A stretch of DNA of 52,150 bases from an uncultured Bacilli bacterium (GCA_947631045.1 CANRJV010000003.1:1-52150); one strand, 5' to 3'; positions 10,397 through 20,762 are shown, counted from the stretch's first letter. Translations and numbers: made by a program. The notes: generated by a model not told the origin, from the letters alone.

Positions 10397-10585
10397 TTAT
10401 TTTTTTAAATAATCTAAAATATCTTTATCTTTAATATTAAGGGCTTTGATTAATTTTTTGAAAGATTCAATTGATGGCTCTCTTTCTTTATTTTCGATTC
10501 TTTGAATTGTTCTTGTATCAAGTTCTGCTAGTTCCGCTAGCTCTTCTTGAGTTAATTTCTTGGCTTTTCGATATTCTTTAAACAT
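10397..10585 (-). CDS. XRE/HTH_3 transcriptional regulator
   Basis: YRKAKKLTQEELAELAELDTRTIQRIEN..REPS. ATG 10585 preceded by AGGTGA. Confidence 0.88.
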   Translation of the reverse strand: MFKEYRKAKKLTQEELAELAELDTRTIQRIENKEREPSIESFKKLIKALNIKDKDILDYLKK

Positions 10586-10594
10586 GTTATCACC

Positions 10595-10705
10595 TACGGC
10601 AATTATGTCATATTTATTATTTCTTTTACACGTCCAAGTGGACGTATTTTTTATTGACATAACTGTTCTTTTGCGATATATTTAAAATACGACAGATGTG
10701 CCGTA
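10595..10705. promoter_or_regulatory. Divergent promoter region with three operator-like inverted repeats and a sigmaA promoter
   Basis: TACGGC-N6-GTCATA (10595-10612), CACGTC-N6-GACGTA (10629-10646), TACGAC-N6-GCCGTA (10688-10705); TTGACA(10654)-17 bp-TATATT(10677). Confidence 0.7.
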
Positions 10706-10757
10706 AAATATATCATTATTTTTCGATATTTGCAACAAAAACATAAAGAGGGAAAGA

Positions 10758-11420
10758 ATGAAAAAGAAAATAGATAAGAAAAAAGTAATAATAATAAGTT
10801 TAATAGTAATAGTAATGATAACAGTCATAAGTAAAGTAATAAAAAATACTTATGCTTATTATGGTAATAATAATGAATTACCCTTAATAAATACAACTAT
10901 AGGTAACTTTGCAGTAGAAGAATTACCCAAAGAGAAATTAAAGTATGATATAGATCTGGTATTATATATGGAAGACGCTGAAATCAAATACCGATATCAT
11001 ATAGTGCAAAATACACCGGTAATGGGATATGAAGTAAATAAAGAAAAATCAGAATGTAATCCTAAAGATGCCAGTTATAGTAATTACACAATAAAGAGTG
11101 ATGGAACAATAGTGATAAATGTCAGTGAAAACATTCCTAATAAAATAGTATGTAAGATATATTATGACAAGAAAAAGAATGCGGATATCATAACTTATGC
11201 TTTAGTAGAAGATGCCAAAGGATATAAAGAATATAATGGAAAGAAATACATAGTAGTAAATAGTATCCCAAGTGAAGAAGAATACACATACGACACATCA
11301 ATATGTTTAGATAATAATGTCACAACCCAAGTAATATATGATACCAATACCAAAAGTTTTAATTATATAACAAACGGAATGAATACTTGTTATGCATACT
11401 TTAATAAGAAAGAAGGATAG
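10758..11420 (+). CDS. Secreted/membrane-anchored protein with two repeats of a 2-Cys domain
   Basis: Basic-hydrophobic N-terminus ending TYAYY; repeats ending ..S.C....C..Y[YF]. Confidence 0.7.
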   Translation: MKKKIDKKKVIIISLIVIVMITVISKVIKNTYAYYGNNNELPLINTTIGNFAVEELPKEKLKYDIDLVLYMEDAEIKYRYHIVQNTPVMGYEVNKEKSECNPKDASYSNYTIKSDGTIVINVSENIPNKIVCKIYYDKKKNADIITYALVEDAKGYKEYNGKKYIVVNSIPSEEEYTYDTSICLDNNVTTQVIYDTNTKSFNYITNGMNTCYAYFNKKEG

Positions 11421-11422
11421 TA

Positions 11423-12754
11423 ATGAAGAAGATAATAATTGTGATATTAATAATAATAGAGATAGGATTAATAATGATAAATTATAATACTGCATTAAGT
11501 AATAAAGAGATAGACAAGATAGAAACCAAAGAAGAAACGAAAGAGATAAAAGGAAATAACACCTTTGCCATTATGTTAAAGGGAAAAGAAGACAATACAT
11601 ATAAACCATCAGATAAAAACACCTGGCCAGAATCGCCATACAAATATGCAGGGTCTTTATGTATAGGTAATGATGGAAGAGACATAGAAGAGAGTGAAGT
11701 AATAAGTTTTAACAATGACAATCATACCGCAACCATAACCACTAAAGATACCATCTATTGTTATTTATACTTTGTCGAGGGAGAAGATGCGGTAACCAGA
11801 ATAGAAAGACTAAGTAGTAATTCATTAGAGAATAAAGAAGATGTAAAAGCACGTGAAGATGTTCTTCGAAGATTTCAAGGAACATATACAGATGTAACAA
11901 ATAATTATATCTGTTTTGGAACAAGCATTACAGAAGAATGTACTAAAAACATCGACAGATACATGTACCGAATAATAGGATATGCCACAGATAATGATGG
12001 CGCCACCAACACCAAAGCAGGCCAACTTAAACTTATTAAAAAGGAAGCCTTAGAAGAACCTATGCAATGGCATTACAATTATAATGACAATGTAAATTGG
12101 TTCCAAAGTGATTTATATAAAAGAATATCAACAAAAGAATATTTACAAAATTCATATTATGTACCAAGCGGATGGGAAAATAAAATAGCGGACCATACCT
12201 GGTGGACAGGAGACGTAGTTTGGACATCTAAAGGTGCATGGCAAGATGGAGCAGCAGTATATAAAATAGAAACTGGAAAAGAGCCATCAGATTATTATGT
12301 TTTAAATATGGAAACGGGAACATTAAAATCACATGTCACCAATTGTGTTAATCAAGAAGATCCATATTGTAATGAAGATATAAAATATGATAATATCCAA
12401 GAGAGATGGACAGTACATCAAAGTGCTAAAGCAGGCTTAACGAATTTAAGTGACTATTATCTTGCTTATGGAGGTAAAGGAAAATTGTGTGCCGGAAACG
12501 GAGATTGTAAAAATAGTTGGCTACATTTAAGTAATAATGATTCAAAAGCACCAAATGGTAATGAATGGACAATAACTCATTATGGTTTTCGACGTGAGTT
12601 TGGCCTATATCAGGCGATGTGTTCTGGCACGAATGGTGCTCCTGGTGGAATTCCTTTGGATACATTATTATCTGTTCGGCCTGTAATTTATACTATCGAA
12701 AATATAACTTTAAATGGTTCAGGAACGATTGATGATCCATTTATAATACTTTAG
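11423..12754 (+). CDS. Secreted Cys-rich protein with C-terminal DUF6273/C-type-lectin-like domain
   Basis: Signal/TM N-terminus; NNYICFG, YRIIG, LKLIK, VRPVIY...GSGTIDDPFII. Confidence 0.6.
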   Translation: MKKIIIVILIIIEIGLIMINYNTALSNKEIDKIETKEETKEIKGNNTFAIMLKGKEDNTYKPSDKNTWPESPYKYAGSLCIGNDGRDIEESEVISFNNDNHTATITTKDTIYCYLYFVEGEDAVTRIERLSSNSLENKEDVKAREDVLRRFQGTYTDVTNNYICFGTSITEECTKNIDRYMYRIIGYATDNDGATNTKAGQLKLIKKEALEEPMQWHYNYNDNVNWFQSDLYKRISTKEYLQNSYYVPSGWENKIADHTWWTGDVVWTSKGAWQDGAAVYKIETGKEPSDYYVLNMETGTLKSHVTNCVNQEDPYCNEDIKYDNIQERWTVHQSAKAGLTNLSDYYLAYGGKGKLCAGNGDCKNSWLHLSNNDSKAPNGNEWTITHYGFRREFGLYQAMCSGTNGAPGGIPLDTLLSVRPVIYTIENITLNGSGTIDDPFIIL

Positions 12755-12867
12755 GAAGCGAAGTCTTCCTTTTTAGTTTAACTTTTTAAAAATAAAAAAG
12801 ATTATTCTTATGATTTGAACTAGTAAAAATATCTAAATTATTCTATAATTTATCTAGGTGATGATTT

Positions 12868-15800
12868 ATGAAAAAACAAGTCGATGGAAATACAGCGTGT
12901 AGTAGAGTTGCTTATCTTTTTAGTGAGATATGCAGTATTTATCCTATAACGCCCTCAAGTCCTATGGCTTCTAATATAGACTATTTAACGCATAGTGATT
13001 TAAAAAATTTATATAATAGCAAACCTAAAGTTATCGAAATGCAAAGCGAAGCAGGTGCTGCTGGAACTCTTCATGGGGCTTTGCTTTCAGGTTCTCTTGC
13101 TTCTACTTTTACAGCAAGTCAAGGGTTGTTATTAATGATTCCTAACATGTATAAAATTGCGGGAGAATGCTTACCAGGAGTAATTCATGTTGCTAGTAGA
13201 ACTCTTGCCACGCATGCTTTATCAATTTTTGGGGACCATTCTGATGTTTATGCGACAAGAGATACGGGATTTTGCATGTTATCATCATCTAATGTTTTTG
13301 ATGCCCAAAATTTAGCCGCCGTTGCTCATTTATCTGCCATTAAAGGAAGTCTTCCATTTATTCATTTCTTTGATGGCTTTAGGACTAGTCATGAATTAAA
13401 TACTATTTCTGAAATACCGACAGAAGAATTATTAAAATTAATTCCTTGGGATAAAATAAAAGAATTTAAAGATCGAAGTTTAAATGTTGATTGTGGTATC
13501 CAATATGGTTTAGCCGAAAATGAAGATATTTATTTTCAATCTGTAGAGGCTCGAAATGAATTATATGACAAAATGAGTGATATAGTTAATGAAAATATGG
13601 AGTCCATAAATAAAATTATGAATACTGATTATCATCCTTTTAATTATTATGGGGCTCATGATGCTAAAAATATTATTATTGCTATGGGTAGTGTTACGGA
13701 TACGATTAAACTAGTAGTGGATGATTTAAATCAAAAAGGAGAAAAAGTTGGTTTAATTAATGTGCATTTATATCGTCCATTTAGTTCTAAATATCTTTTG
13801 GATGTCTTACCTAAAAGTGTTCAAAATATTGCGGTTTTAGATCGAAGTAAATCTATTGGGGGTAGTGGTGAGCCTTTATATTTAGATGTTGTTAGTGCGC
13901 TTGCTTCTAAAAGCATAAATATTGTGGGAGGCCGTTATGGTTTATCTAGTAAAAATACCACTCCGCAAGATATTTATAGTGTTTATAAAATGTTAGATGG
14001 GGAATTAAAAAATAATTTTACCATTGGTATTCAAGATGATGTTACAAATTTATCTTTAAAAACTTATGATTATAATCTTAACTTGCCTTGCCAGGAAGTA
14101 AAAATATTTGGTTTTGGTTCTGATGGTATGGTTAGTGCAAGTAAAGAATTATTAAAAATTATTTCTTTAGATGATTATTATGTTCAAGGTTATTTTGAAT
14201 ATGATTCTAAAAAAAGTGGTGGTGTTACCATTTCTAATTTAAGATGGGGGAAGACTCCAATCAATGCTCCGTATTATGTCACTAATCCGGAAATGGTAGT
14301 GGTTACTAAAGAAGAATATTTTACGAAATTTGATATTTTAGATAGTATTAAAGAAGGAGGCATTCTTCTTATTAATACAAGTAAAAAAGAGGCAGAACTA
14401 AATGATTATTTACCAAATAAAATTAAAAAAATAATTTTAGATAAAAAAATAAAGGTTTATTATATCGATGCCACTAAAATAACCATTGCTAATAATATTA
14501 AAGGTAAGATTAATAAAATAATGGAAGTAATAATTCTAAATCTTTTAAATATTGATAAGTCTTTTGAAAAAGTAAGTGAGTTAATAAAAAAAGCTTTCCT
14601 TACTAAAGGAGAAGATGTCATTAACAATAATTTAAAAGCTTTGCAGGATTCTTTAGATGATTTAAAATGTTTAGATAACATTACTTATGAAGATGAAGAG
14701 GTTAAGGAAGAAGAAAATATTTTTGATAAAATAAATCATTTAAAAGGTAATACTTTAAAGGTTAGTGATTTAGTGCCTTATCGGTCTGGGGCTTTTCCTT
14801 GGGATTTAAGTAAAAATGAAAAAAGAGGCATTTCTTATGAAGTACCTGTTTGGGATATAGAAAAATGTATTGAATGTGGAAAATGTAATATAGTTTGTCC
14901 TCATGCGGTTATAAGACCTCTTCTATTAAAAGAGAATGTTGGTAAAGAAGCAATTGGTTTTAAAGATTATAATTTTTATTTAGCTATAAGCGAAAAAGAT
15001 TGTACAGGCTGTGGTTTATGTATCAAGAATTGTCCTACTAATGCTTTAACATTTGGGAAAGGCAATGCAGAAAATCGGCAAATTGTAGAGAAATATTTTG
15101 ATAATTATGAAAATCCGCAAGATTTAGATAAATTTAATATTAAAGGAGCCTCTTTACAAAAAAGCCATTTTAGATTTAATGGAGCTTGTGCTGGTTGTGG
15201 AGAAACCCCTTATATTAGACTTTTAACTCAATTATTTGGTTCCTCTTTAGTTATTGCTAACGCTACAGGTTGTTCCTCTATTTATGGTGGAAGTGTTCCA
15301 TCGACTCCTTATAGTATTCCTTGGGCTAATTCTTTATTTGAAGATAATGCGGAGTTTGCTTTAGGTATGCATTTAACTTATCAAAATAAACAAAAGCAAA
15401 TTAAAGAAATAATGGAAATGAGTTTAAATGCGGTGGATGAAGATGTCAAAGAATTATTTAATTTATGGCTTAATAATATGAATGATGCTAAGATTACCAA
15501 AGACGTTGCGGAAAAACTAGAAGGCAAAAAAATTCCGGAAGATTTGGAACTTTTAAAAGAATATATTCCTTATCGTGTTGTTTGGGCTTTTGGTGGAGAT
15601 GGTTGGGCTTATGATATTGGCTTTGGGGGTTTAGACCATGTTATGAGTCAAAATGAAAATATCAAATGCTTAATTTTAGATACCGAAGTTTATTCTAATA
15701 CTGGAGGTCAAGCTAGCAAGAGTAGTAAAATGGGCGCTGTTTGTGAATTTGCTGACTTTGGAAAAAAGACTTATAAAAAAGATTTATTTAGAATTGCGAT

Positions 15801-16203
15801 GAGTTATCCAAATTGTTATGTGGCAAGTATTTCTCTAGGAGCCAATATCATGCAAACTATAAAAGTATTTAAAGAAGCTATGGAACATGAAGGGCCAGCC
15901 ATTATCATTGCTTATTCACCTTGTGTTGAGCATGGAATTAAAGATGGTATGTCTTGTTCAATTTCCGAAGAAAAACTAGCCGTTGATGTGGGTTATCAAT
16001 TATTGATGCATTATAATCCCAAAGAAGAAAAGTTATACTTAGATAGTAAAGAGCCTGATTTTGATCGCTATCATGAATTTTTAGATAATGAAGTTAGATT
16101 TAAAGCCTTAAAAATTAAAGATGCACAATTAGCCGAAGAACTTTTGAATAATCAAAAAGAAAATGCTATTAAAAGATATGAATATTATCAAAAGATGATT
16201 TAA
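12868..16203 (+). CDS. nifJ: Pyruvate:ferredoxin (flavodoxin) oxidoreductase
   Basis: YPITPSS, EMQSEAGAAG, two CxxCxxCxxxCP motifs, GACAGCGE, GGDGWAYDIG, DTEVYSNTGGQ. Confidence 0.96.
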   Translation: MKKQVDGNTACSRVAYLFSEICSIYPITPSSPMASNIDYLTHSDLKNLYNSKPKVIEMQSEAGAAGTLHGALLSGSLASTFTASQGLLLMIPNMYKIAGECLPGVIHVASRTLATHALSIFGDHSDVYATRDTGFCMLSSSNVFDAQNLAAVAHLSAIKGSLPFIHFFDGFRTSHELNTISEIPTEELLKLIPWDKIKEFKDRSLNVDCGIQYGLAENEDIYFQSVEARNELYDKMSDIVNENMESINKIMNTDYHPFNYYGAHDAKNIIIAMGSVTDTIKLVVDDLNQKGEKVGLINVHLYRPFSSKYLLDVLPKSVQNIAVLDRSKSIGGSGEPLYLDVVSALASKSINIVGGRYGLSSKNTTPQDIYSVYKMLDGELKNNFTIGIQDDVTNLSLKTYDYNLNLPCQEVKIFGFGSDGMVSASKELLKIISLDDYYVQGYFEYDSKKSGGVTISNLRWGKTPINAPYYVTNPEMVVVTKEEYFTKFDILDSIKEGGILLINTSKKEAELNDYLPNKIKKIILDKKIKVYYIDATKITIANNIKGKINKIMEVIILNLLNIDKSFEKVSELIKKAFLTKGEDVINNNLKALQDSLDDLKCLDNITYEDEEVKEEENIFDKINHLKGNTLKVSDLVPYRSGAFPWDLSKNEKRGISYEVPVWDIEKCIECGKCNIVCPHAVIRPLLLKENVGKEAIGFKDYNFYLAISEKDCTGCGLCIKNCPTNALTFGKGNAENRQIVEKYFDNYENPQDLDKFNIKGASLQKSHFRFNGACAGCGETPYIRLLTQLFGSSLVIANATGCSSIYGGSVPSTPYSIPWANSLFEDNAEFALGMHLTYQNKQKQIKEIMEMSLNAVDEDVKELFNLWLNNMNDAKITKDVAEKLEGKKIPEDLELLKEYIPYRVVWAFGGDGWAYDIGFGGLDHVMSQNENIKCLILDTEVYSNTGGQASKSSKMGAVCEFADFGKKTYKKDLFRIAMSYPNCYVASISLGANIMQTIKVFKEAMEHEGPAIIIAYSPCVEHGIKDGMSCSISEEKLAVDVGYQLLMHYNPKEEKLYLDSKEPDFDRYHEFLDNEVRFKALKIKDAQLAEELLNNQKENAIKRYEYYQKMI

Positions 16204-16228
16204 AAATACGCCTTTGAGCGTATTTTTT
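16203..16228. terminator. Bidirectional intrinsic terminator
   Basis: aaaaatacgc-ctttga-gcgtattttt. Confidence 0.75.
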
Positions 16229-17066
16229 AAATCCCTAAATCTTTTTGGCAAGTAGTTACTTTATGTTTTTGCCTTTTTAAAGTTTTAGTTATTCTTTCTT
16301 TTTCATTACTATCTAAAATTATATGATGTTCATCTTCAACTTGACTTATAAATCTTGGAATATTTAAAGCCATGCCTCTTATAATCAATTTTTTAAAATC
16401 ATCATCATCTTTAATTATTTTTCTTACCCTAGGGTCAAATAAAGCTAAGTTAAAAAATGAATTACCATAAGGATAGTCACCAAAAGAAAATTCATGATCA
16501 TATAAAGGAGCGAGCGAAACATAGCCGTCCTTTTCTTGAAACATAAAATTTTCGATACTTCTATCTTGTTGATTAGCAAAATAATCTCTGACAATCATTT
16601 TTTTTAAAGAATTTTTAAGTTTCTCAATATTTTCTAAGGTAAGAGGAATATCATCATCTAAAGTATCATTATAATAGGTACTTAAAAAATTAAGATTTTC
16701 TAAATTATGATGATAAAATTGGATACTGACATGAGGAAAATTATCGATATAAAAATAAGTATGATCACTTTGAAAAAAGATTTTAATTAAAACTCCTAAA
16801 GAATCATCAGAATAGTCATTTAAAAAAGCTATTTGGGGATGAACAGTTGGTAATTCGAAATACTTCGATATAGTTTCGCCAAGTAATTCATTTAAACAAT
16901 ACTCGGTTCCTTTATCTTTAAAAATCCATCTTTCCCCAGCAATATCGTAAATCATTTTATGATATATGGGTTCAATTAAAAGCCAAGCCTTTTGATTATC
17001 AGGTTTAAAAGGCTTCGTTAGTTTATCGTCTAAAAAAGTTACTTGCTTTGGATCTTTAATCTTCAT
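16227..17066 (-). CDS. HipA/CtkA-like kinase-fold protein
   Basis: WIFK, NELLG..IS.YFELP, D...N..DRS.EN, LAPLYDHEFSF. Confidence 0.7.
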   Translation of the reverse strand: MKIKDPKQVTFLDDKLTKPFKPDNQKAWLLIEPIYHKMIYDIAGERWIFKDKGTEYCLNELLGETISKYFELPTVHPQIAFLNDYSDDSLGVLIKIFFQSDHTYFYIDNFPHVSIQFYHHNLENLNFLSTYYNDTLDDDIPLTLENIEKLKNSLKKMIVRDYFANQQDRSIENFMFQEKDGYVSLAPLYDHEFSFGDYPYGNSFFNLALFDPRVRKIIKDDDDFKKLIIRGMALNIPRFISQVEDEHHIILDSNEKERITKTLKRQKHKVTTCQKDLGI

Positions 17067-17120
17067 ATTATCCCCCAGGAATATTTATTTTAAATTAAAG
17101 ATTAAAAAAAAGCAAATAAA

Positions 17121-17930
17121 TTATTTGCTAAAACGATAAATATTAATGGAAGGTGTATTAAATAATCGAAAATTAAATTTTTCATATCCTAAACCATTAG
17201 AAATATATAATTCATTATTACCATTTTTATAATAATTATTAAGATATTTTTGGGCCCCTTCTTTTTTGATTAGTCCCCCATAAAAAGGAATATTTACCAT
17301 TCCTCCTAGAGAATGACCACTTAAAACAGTATTAATATTATGTTTAATAAGTTCGTCAAAATTATCGGGAGTATGGGAAATAGCTAAAGAATAATTATAA
17401 GGTACATCAGTAGTTAATAGGGTATTGAAATCAGCATCTAGATTAGTAATTCCGATAATATTAATTGGTTCTTCATCTTTATAAAATAACAGCATATTTT
17501 GATTATCTAAAAGATTAAAACCTGATTCATATAAAATATCTTTATATTCTTGAATATTTTCTTCATCATTTTCCCCAATAACGGCTAGTTTATAAAGACT
17601 TGCCTCCATATCAGTTAAATATTTTTTGATTTTGGTATAATCATCTTCCTTATATTTTAGACCTTTTTTAAATAGATCTCCACTAAAGATAATAATATCA
17701 GCATCTAAATCATTAATCTTCTTAGTCACTTTTTTTAATATTGCCTCACTGGTTTCTGGTTCATATAAAACATCACTAAATTGAACCAATTTTAAATCTT
17801 CAAAAGAGGCGGGAATGTTTTCATTTTTAATAGTATATTCATGAGTTTTAAAAGATTTGACTTCGATATAACGACCATATAAAAAGAGAAGTACAATGGT
17901 TAAAATAACTATTACCAAAGCTTTTTTCAT
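17121..17930 (-). CDS. YkuE-like metallophosphoesterase with degenerate metal ligands
   Basis: QFSD, DIIIFSGDL, SHTPD, LSGHSLGG, LYISNGLG, RLFNTP. Confidence 0.8.
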   Translation of the reverse strand: MKKALVIVILTIVLLFLYGRYIEVKSFKTHEYTIKNENIPASFEDLKLVQFSDVLYEPETSEAILKKVTKKINDLDADIIIFSGDLFKKGLKYKEDDYTKIKKYLTDMEASLYKLAVIGENDEENIQEYKDILYESGFNLLDNQNMLLFYKDEEPINIIGITNLDADFNTLLTTDVPYNYSLAISHTPDNFDELIKHNINTVLSGHSLGGMVNIPFYGGLIKKEGAQKYLNNYYKNGNNELYISNGLGYEKFNFRLFNTPSINIYRFSK

Positions 17931-18610
17931 GAAAGTCCTCCTAAAATGAGAAGAATGGCGATTAAATTATGAAGAGAGTGAAAAGTAATATTAACCCATA
18001 TATTGTTTGAATCATGATATATTTTGGCAAAAGATGCTCCTAGGGCTCCATAAGGAATTATAAATAATAATTCTAATAAATTTTTACTTTCAATAACATT
18101 CATAACATGGATAGAGCCAAAAATTAATCCGGAGATAATTATATAAATCCAAGGATTTTTAAAAGTATCTTTTAAAGGGGCTCTAGTCATTAACTCTTCC
18201 GTAATCGGCGCAATAAAAATAGAAGAAATAATTATATAAGCAGGGTATATTTTTAGAAGTTCTCGATTGGCTTCTTCATTGGCTGGCATACCAATAAAAC
18301 TACTAATTATAATATTACTAACAATCATTATTAATAAACCAATTAACCAATAAGAATAATATTTTTTTAAATATTTTTGCCAATTTTTTTTAAAATCAGT
18401 AAAGTCCGGAACAATCTTACGTCTATATATAATAATGAAAACAGTCATAATAGCTAACTCTACTAAAATATAACTAAGATTAGCTAAAACTAAATTTTTG
18501 CTGGTTAAAAAATTATAAAAAATAACTTGAAGAAAAACTGCTAAAAAAAAGTAGAGTAAAATTAAACAAATTTGTTTAACAATATCACTAATAATTTTGC
18601 CTATATTCAT
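17927..18610 (-). CDS. CPBP (CAAX prenyl protease-like) intramembrane metalloprotease
   Basis: APITEELMTR, FGSIH, HSLHN motifs; multi-TM. Confidence 0.88.
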   Translation of the reverse strand: MNIGKIISDIVKQICLILLYFFLAVFLQVIFYNFLTSKNLVLANLSYILVELAIMTVFIIIYRRKIVPDFTDFKKNWQKYLKKYYSYWLIGLLIMIVSNIIISSFIGMPANEEANRELLKIYPAYIIISSIFIAPITEELMTRAPLKDTFKNPWIYIIISGLIFGSIHVMNVIESKNLLELLFIIPYGALGASFAKIYHDSNNIWVNITFHSLHNLIAILLILGGLS

Positions 18611-18738
18611 TTTTAACACCCATCTTAAATATATCATAAAGCGCCTAAGTTATCAATCTATCATTTTTAAATTAACATACGTAAATATTTACAAGTGCCC
18701 TTTAAAATTGGTATAATATAAACTGAAAGGGTTAGAAA

Positions 18739-20760
18739 ATGAAAAAATTATCTCATTATCTAAAAAAAATAATATTAAATATTGTAAAATATGTTTATTC
18801 TAATAGACTTTTTTTATCATATACCTTTTTAGCGATTATTGGGACCATGGTTGTAAGACATTTTACCATTGGTAATTTCTGGGCTTATAAACCTTTAATT
18901 GCGGATATTGGTATGATTTTATTAATTGGATCTTTTGGTTATTTAGTTAAACCAAAAAATCAGTTTATATACTTTTTCTTTTGGCTTATCTTTTTTTCTT
19001 TAATTGAGATTATTAATTCTATTTATTATATGTTTTATGCCTCATTTGCTTCGATGGCAGAACTCGCTACAGTATCCCAACTAGAAACGGTAAGCGATTC
19101 AGTTTATACGCAACTTCGGGTAATAGATTTTCTTTATGTTTTAGAACCGGTAATCTTCTATTATATCCATAATTCTTTAAAAACTTCTCCTTATTATAAT
19201 TTAATTGGGAGAGTGGAAAAGAAAATGCCAATGTTCATTTCCACTTTATTAGTTTCTTTACTATTTATTGGTTATACTTTTGCTTCGGCTTCTAATTCTG
19301 ATTATAGTAGGCTTTCTAAACAATGGAATAGAGTATATATTGTGGAAAGATTTGGAATAATTATTTATCAAGGTAATGATGCAATTCAAACGATTATTCC
19401 TAAGCTTAGTAGTTTATTTGGCTATGATGATGCCTTAAATTTAATGAATGATTACTTTAATGATGAAGATATTAATTGGTATAATAACAATAATAAATAT
19501 ACAGGTATTTTAGAAGGTTATAATATTATTTATATTCATATGGAAAGCATGCAAAATTTCTTAATGGATTTAAGTTTCAATGGGGAAGAAGTAACTCCTA
19601 ATTTAAACAAATTATCTAAGGAAGGTATGTTCTTTAGTAACTTCTATCCGCAAGTTTCCATTGGTACTTCATCTGATGCTGAATTTATGACTTTAACCGG
19701 TTTACTGCCTTCAACTAATGGACCAATCTTTGTTAGTTATGCGGATAATACTTTTAGAGCATTACCCCAATTCTTAAAAGACCGAGGCTATTATACTTTC
19801 AGTATGCATGGTAACTATCAATCAATGTGGAATCGAAGTAATGTTCATCCAAGATTAGGGTATACAGATATGTATTATCGGGACTCTTTTGAGTTTAATC
19901 AAGATAGTAAAGATCCTAATAATACCGATTGGGTAGGTTTAGGAATTAATGATAAATTATTCTTCCAACAAGCAGTAGATAAATTAACAACAATTGAAGA
20001 TAGTTATAGTAATTATTTTGGAACCCTTATTACTTTATCTAATCACTCCCCATTTGCACCTAATCCGGCTTTCACTTTAAATATTAATGATTATTTCACC
20101 GATAGTTATGGTGAACAAACTAGTACATGTTATTTATGTGAAAGAGATGTTGGAAAATATATAGTTAGTGCCCATTATGCCGATGAAGCTTTAGGGGAAT
20201 TTATTGATTTAATTAAAAATTCTGACCATTTTAATAATACTTTATTTGTCTTCTATGGAGACCACGATGCTAAATTAAGTTATAAAGATATGAATTACTT
20301 ATATAATTATGACCCAATAACGGGTGAATTAAAAGATGAATATGATCCAACCTATGTTAATTACGATAGTTATGATCATCAATTAAATAAAAAGACACCA
20401 TTAATTTTCTGGACTAAAAATAGTAAATTAAAGAGTATTTTAAAAGGTGAAAATAGTAATATTATGGGAATGTATGATTTAGCTCCAACCCTATTTAATA
20501 TGCTTGATATTGATTATGATTATGTTTTAGGTCATGATATCTTTAATATTAAAGATAATAATATTGTTATATTCCCTAATGGTAATTTCTTAACTAAAGA
20601 AGTTTATTATAATAATTCTACTGGCGAATATAAAGAATTAAGAGGAGTAGTTGATGCCGAATTCTTAAATAAATCTATAGAGCAATCGGAAAGAGCCTTA
20701 GAAGTGGGCAATGCCATTATTACTTATGATTTATTTAATGAGAGAAAAAGGGATGATTAA
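18739..20760 (+). CDS. ltaS: LTA synthase family protein
   Basis: Five N-terminal TMs, IHMESMQ, VTPNLN, GTSSDAEF, LSNHSPF, YGDH. Confidence 0.9.
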   Translation: MKKLSHYLKKIILNIVKYVYSNRLFLSYTFLAIIGTMVVRHFTIGNFWAYKPLIADIGMILLIGSFGYLVKPKNQFIYFFFWLIFFSLIEIINSIYYMFYASFASMAELATVSQLETVSDSVYTQLRVIDFLYVLEPVIFYYIHNSLKTSPYYNLIGRVEKKMPMFISTLLVSLLFIGYTFASASNSDYSRLSKQWNRVYIVERFGIIIYQGNDAIQTIIPKLSSLFGYDDALNLMNDYFNDEDINWYNNNNKYTGILEGYNIIYIHMESMQNFLMDLSFNGEEVTPNLNKLSKEGMFFSNFYPQVSIGTSSDAEFMTLTGLLPSTNGPIFVSYADNTFRALPQFLKDRGYYTFSMHGNYQSMWNRSNVHPRLGYTDMYYRDSFEFNQDSKDPNNTDWVGLGINDKLFFQQAVDKLTTIEDSYSNYFGTLITLSNHSPFAPNPAFTLNINDYFTDSYGEQTSTCYLCERDVGKYIVSAHYADEALGEFIDLIKNSDHFNNTLFVFYGDHDAKLSYKDMNYLYNYDPITGELKDEYDPTYVNYDSYDHQLNKKTPLIFWTKNSKLKSILKGENSNIMGMYDLAPTLFNMLDIDYDYVLGHDIFNIKDNNIVIFPNGNFLTKEVYYNNSTGEYKELRGVVDAEFLNKSIEQSERALEVGNAIITYDLFNERKRDD

Positions 20761-20762
20761 AA

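Noticed and set aside
17927-18610. CAAX/Abi protease as a phage-defence gene
   Set aside because: The CPBP family name is historical; context is a housekeeping envelope operon.
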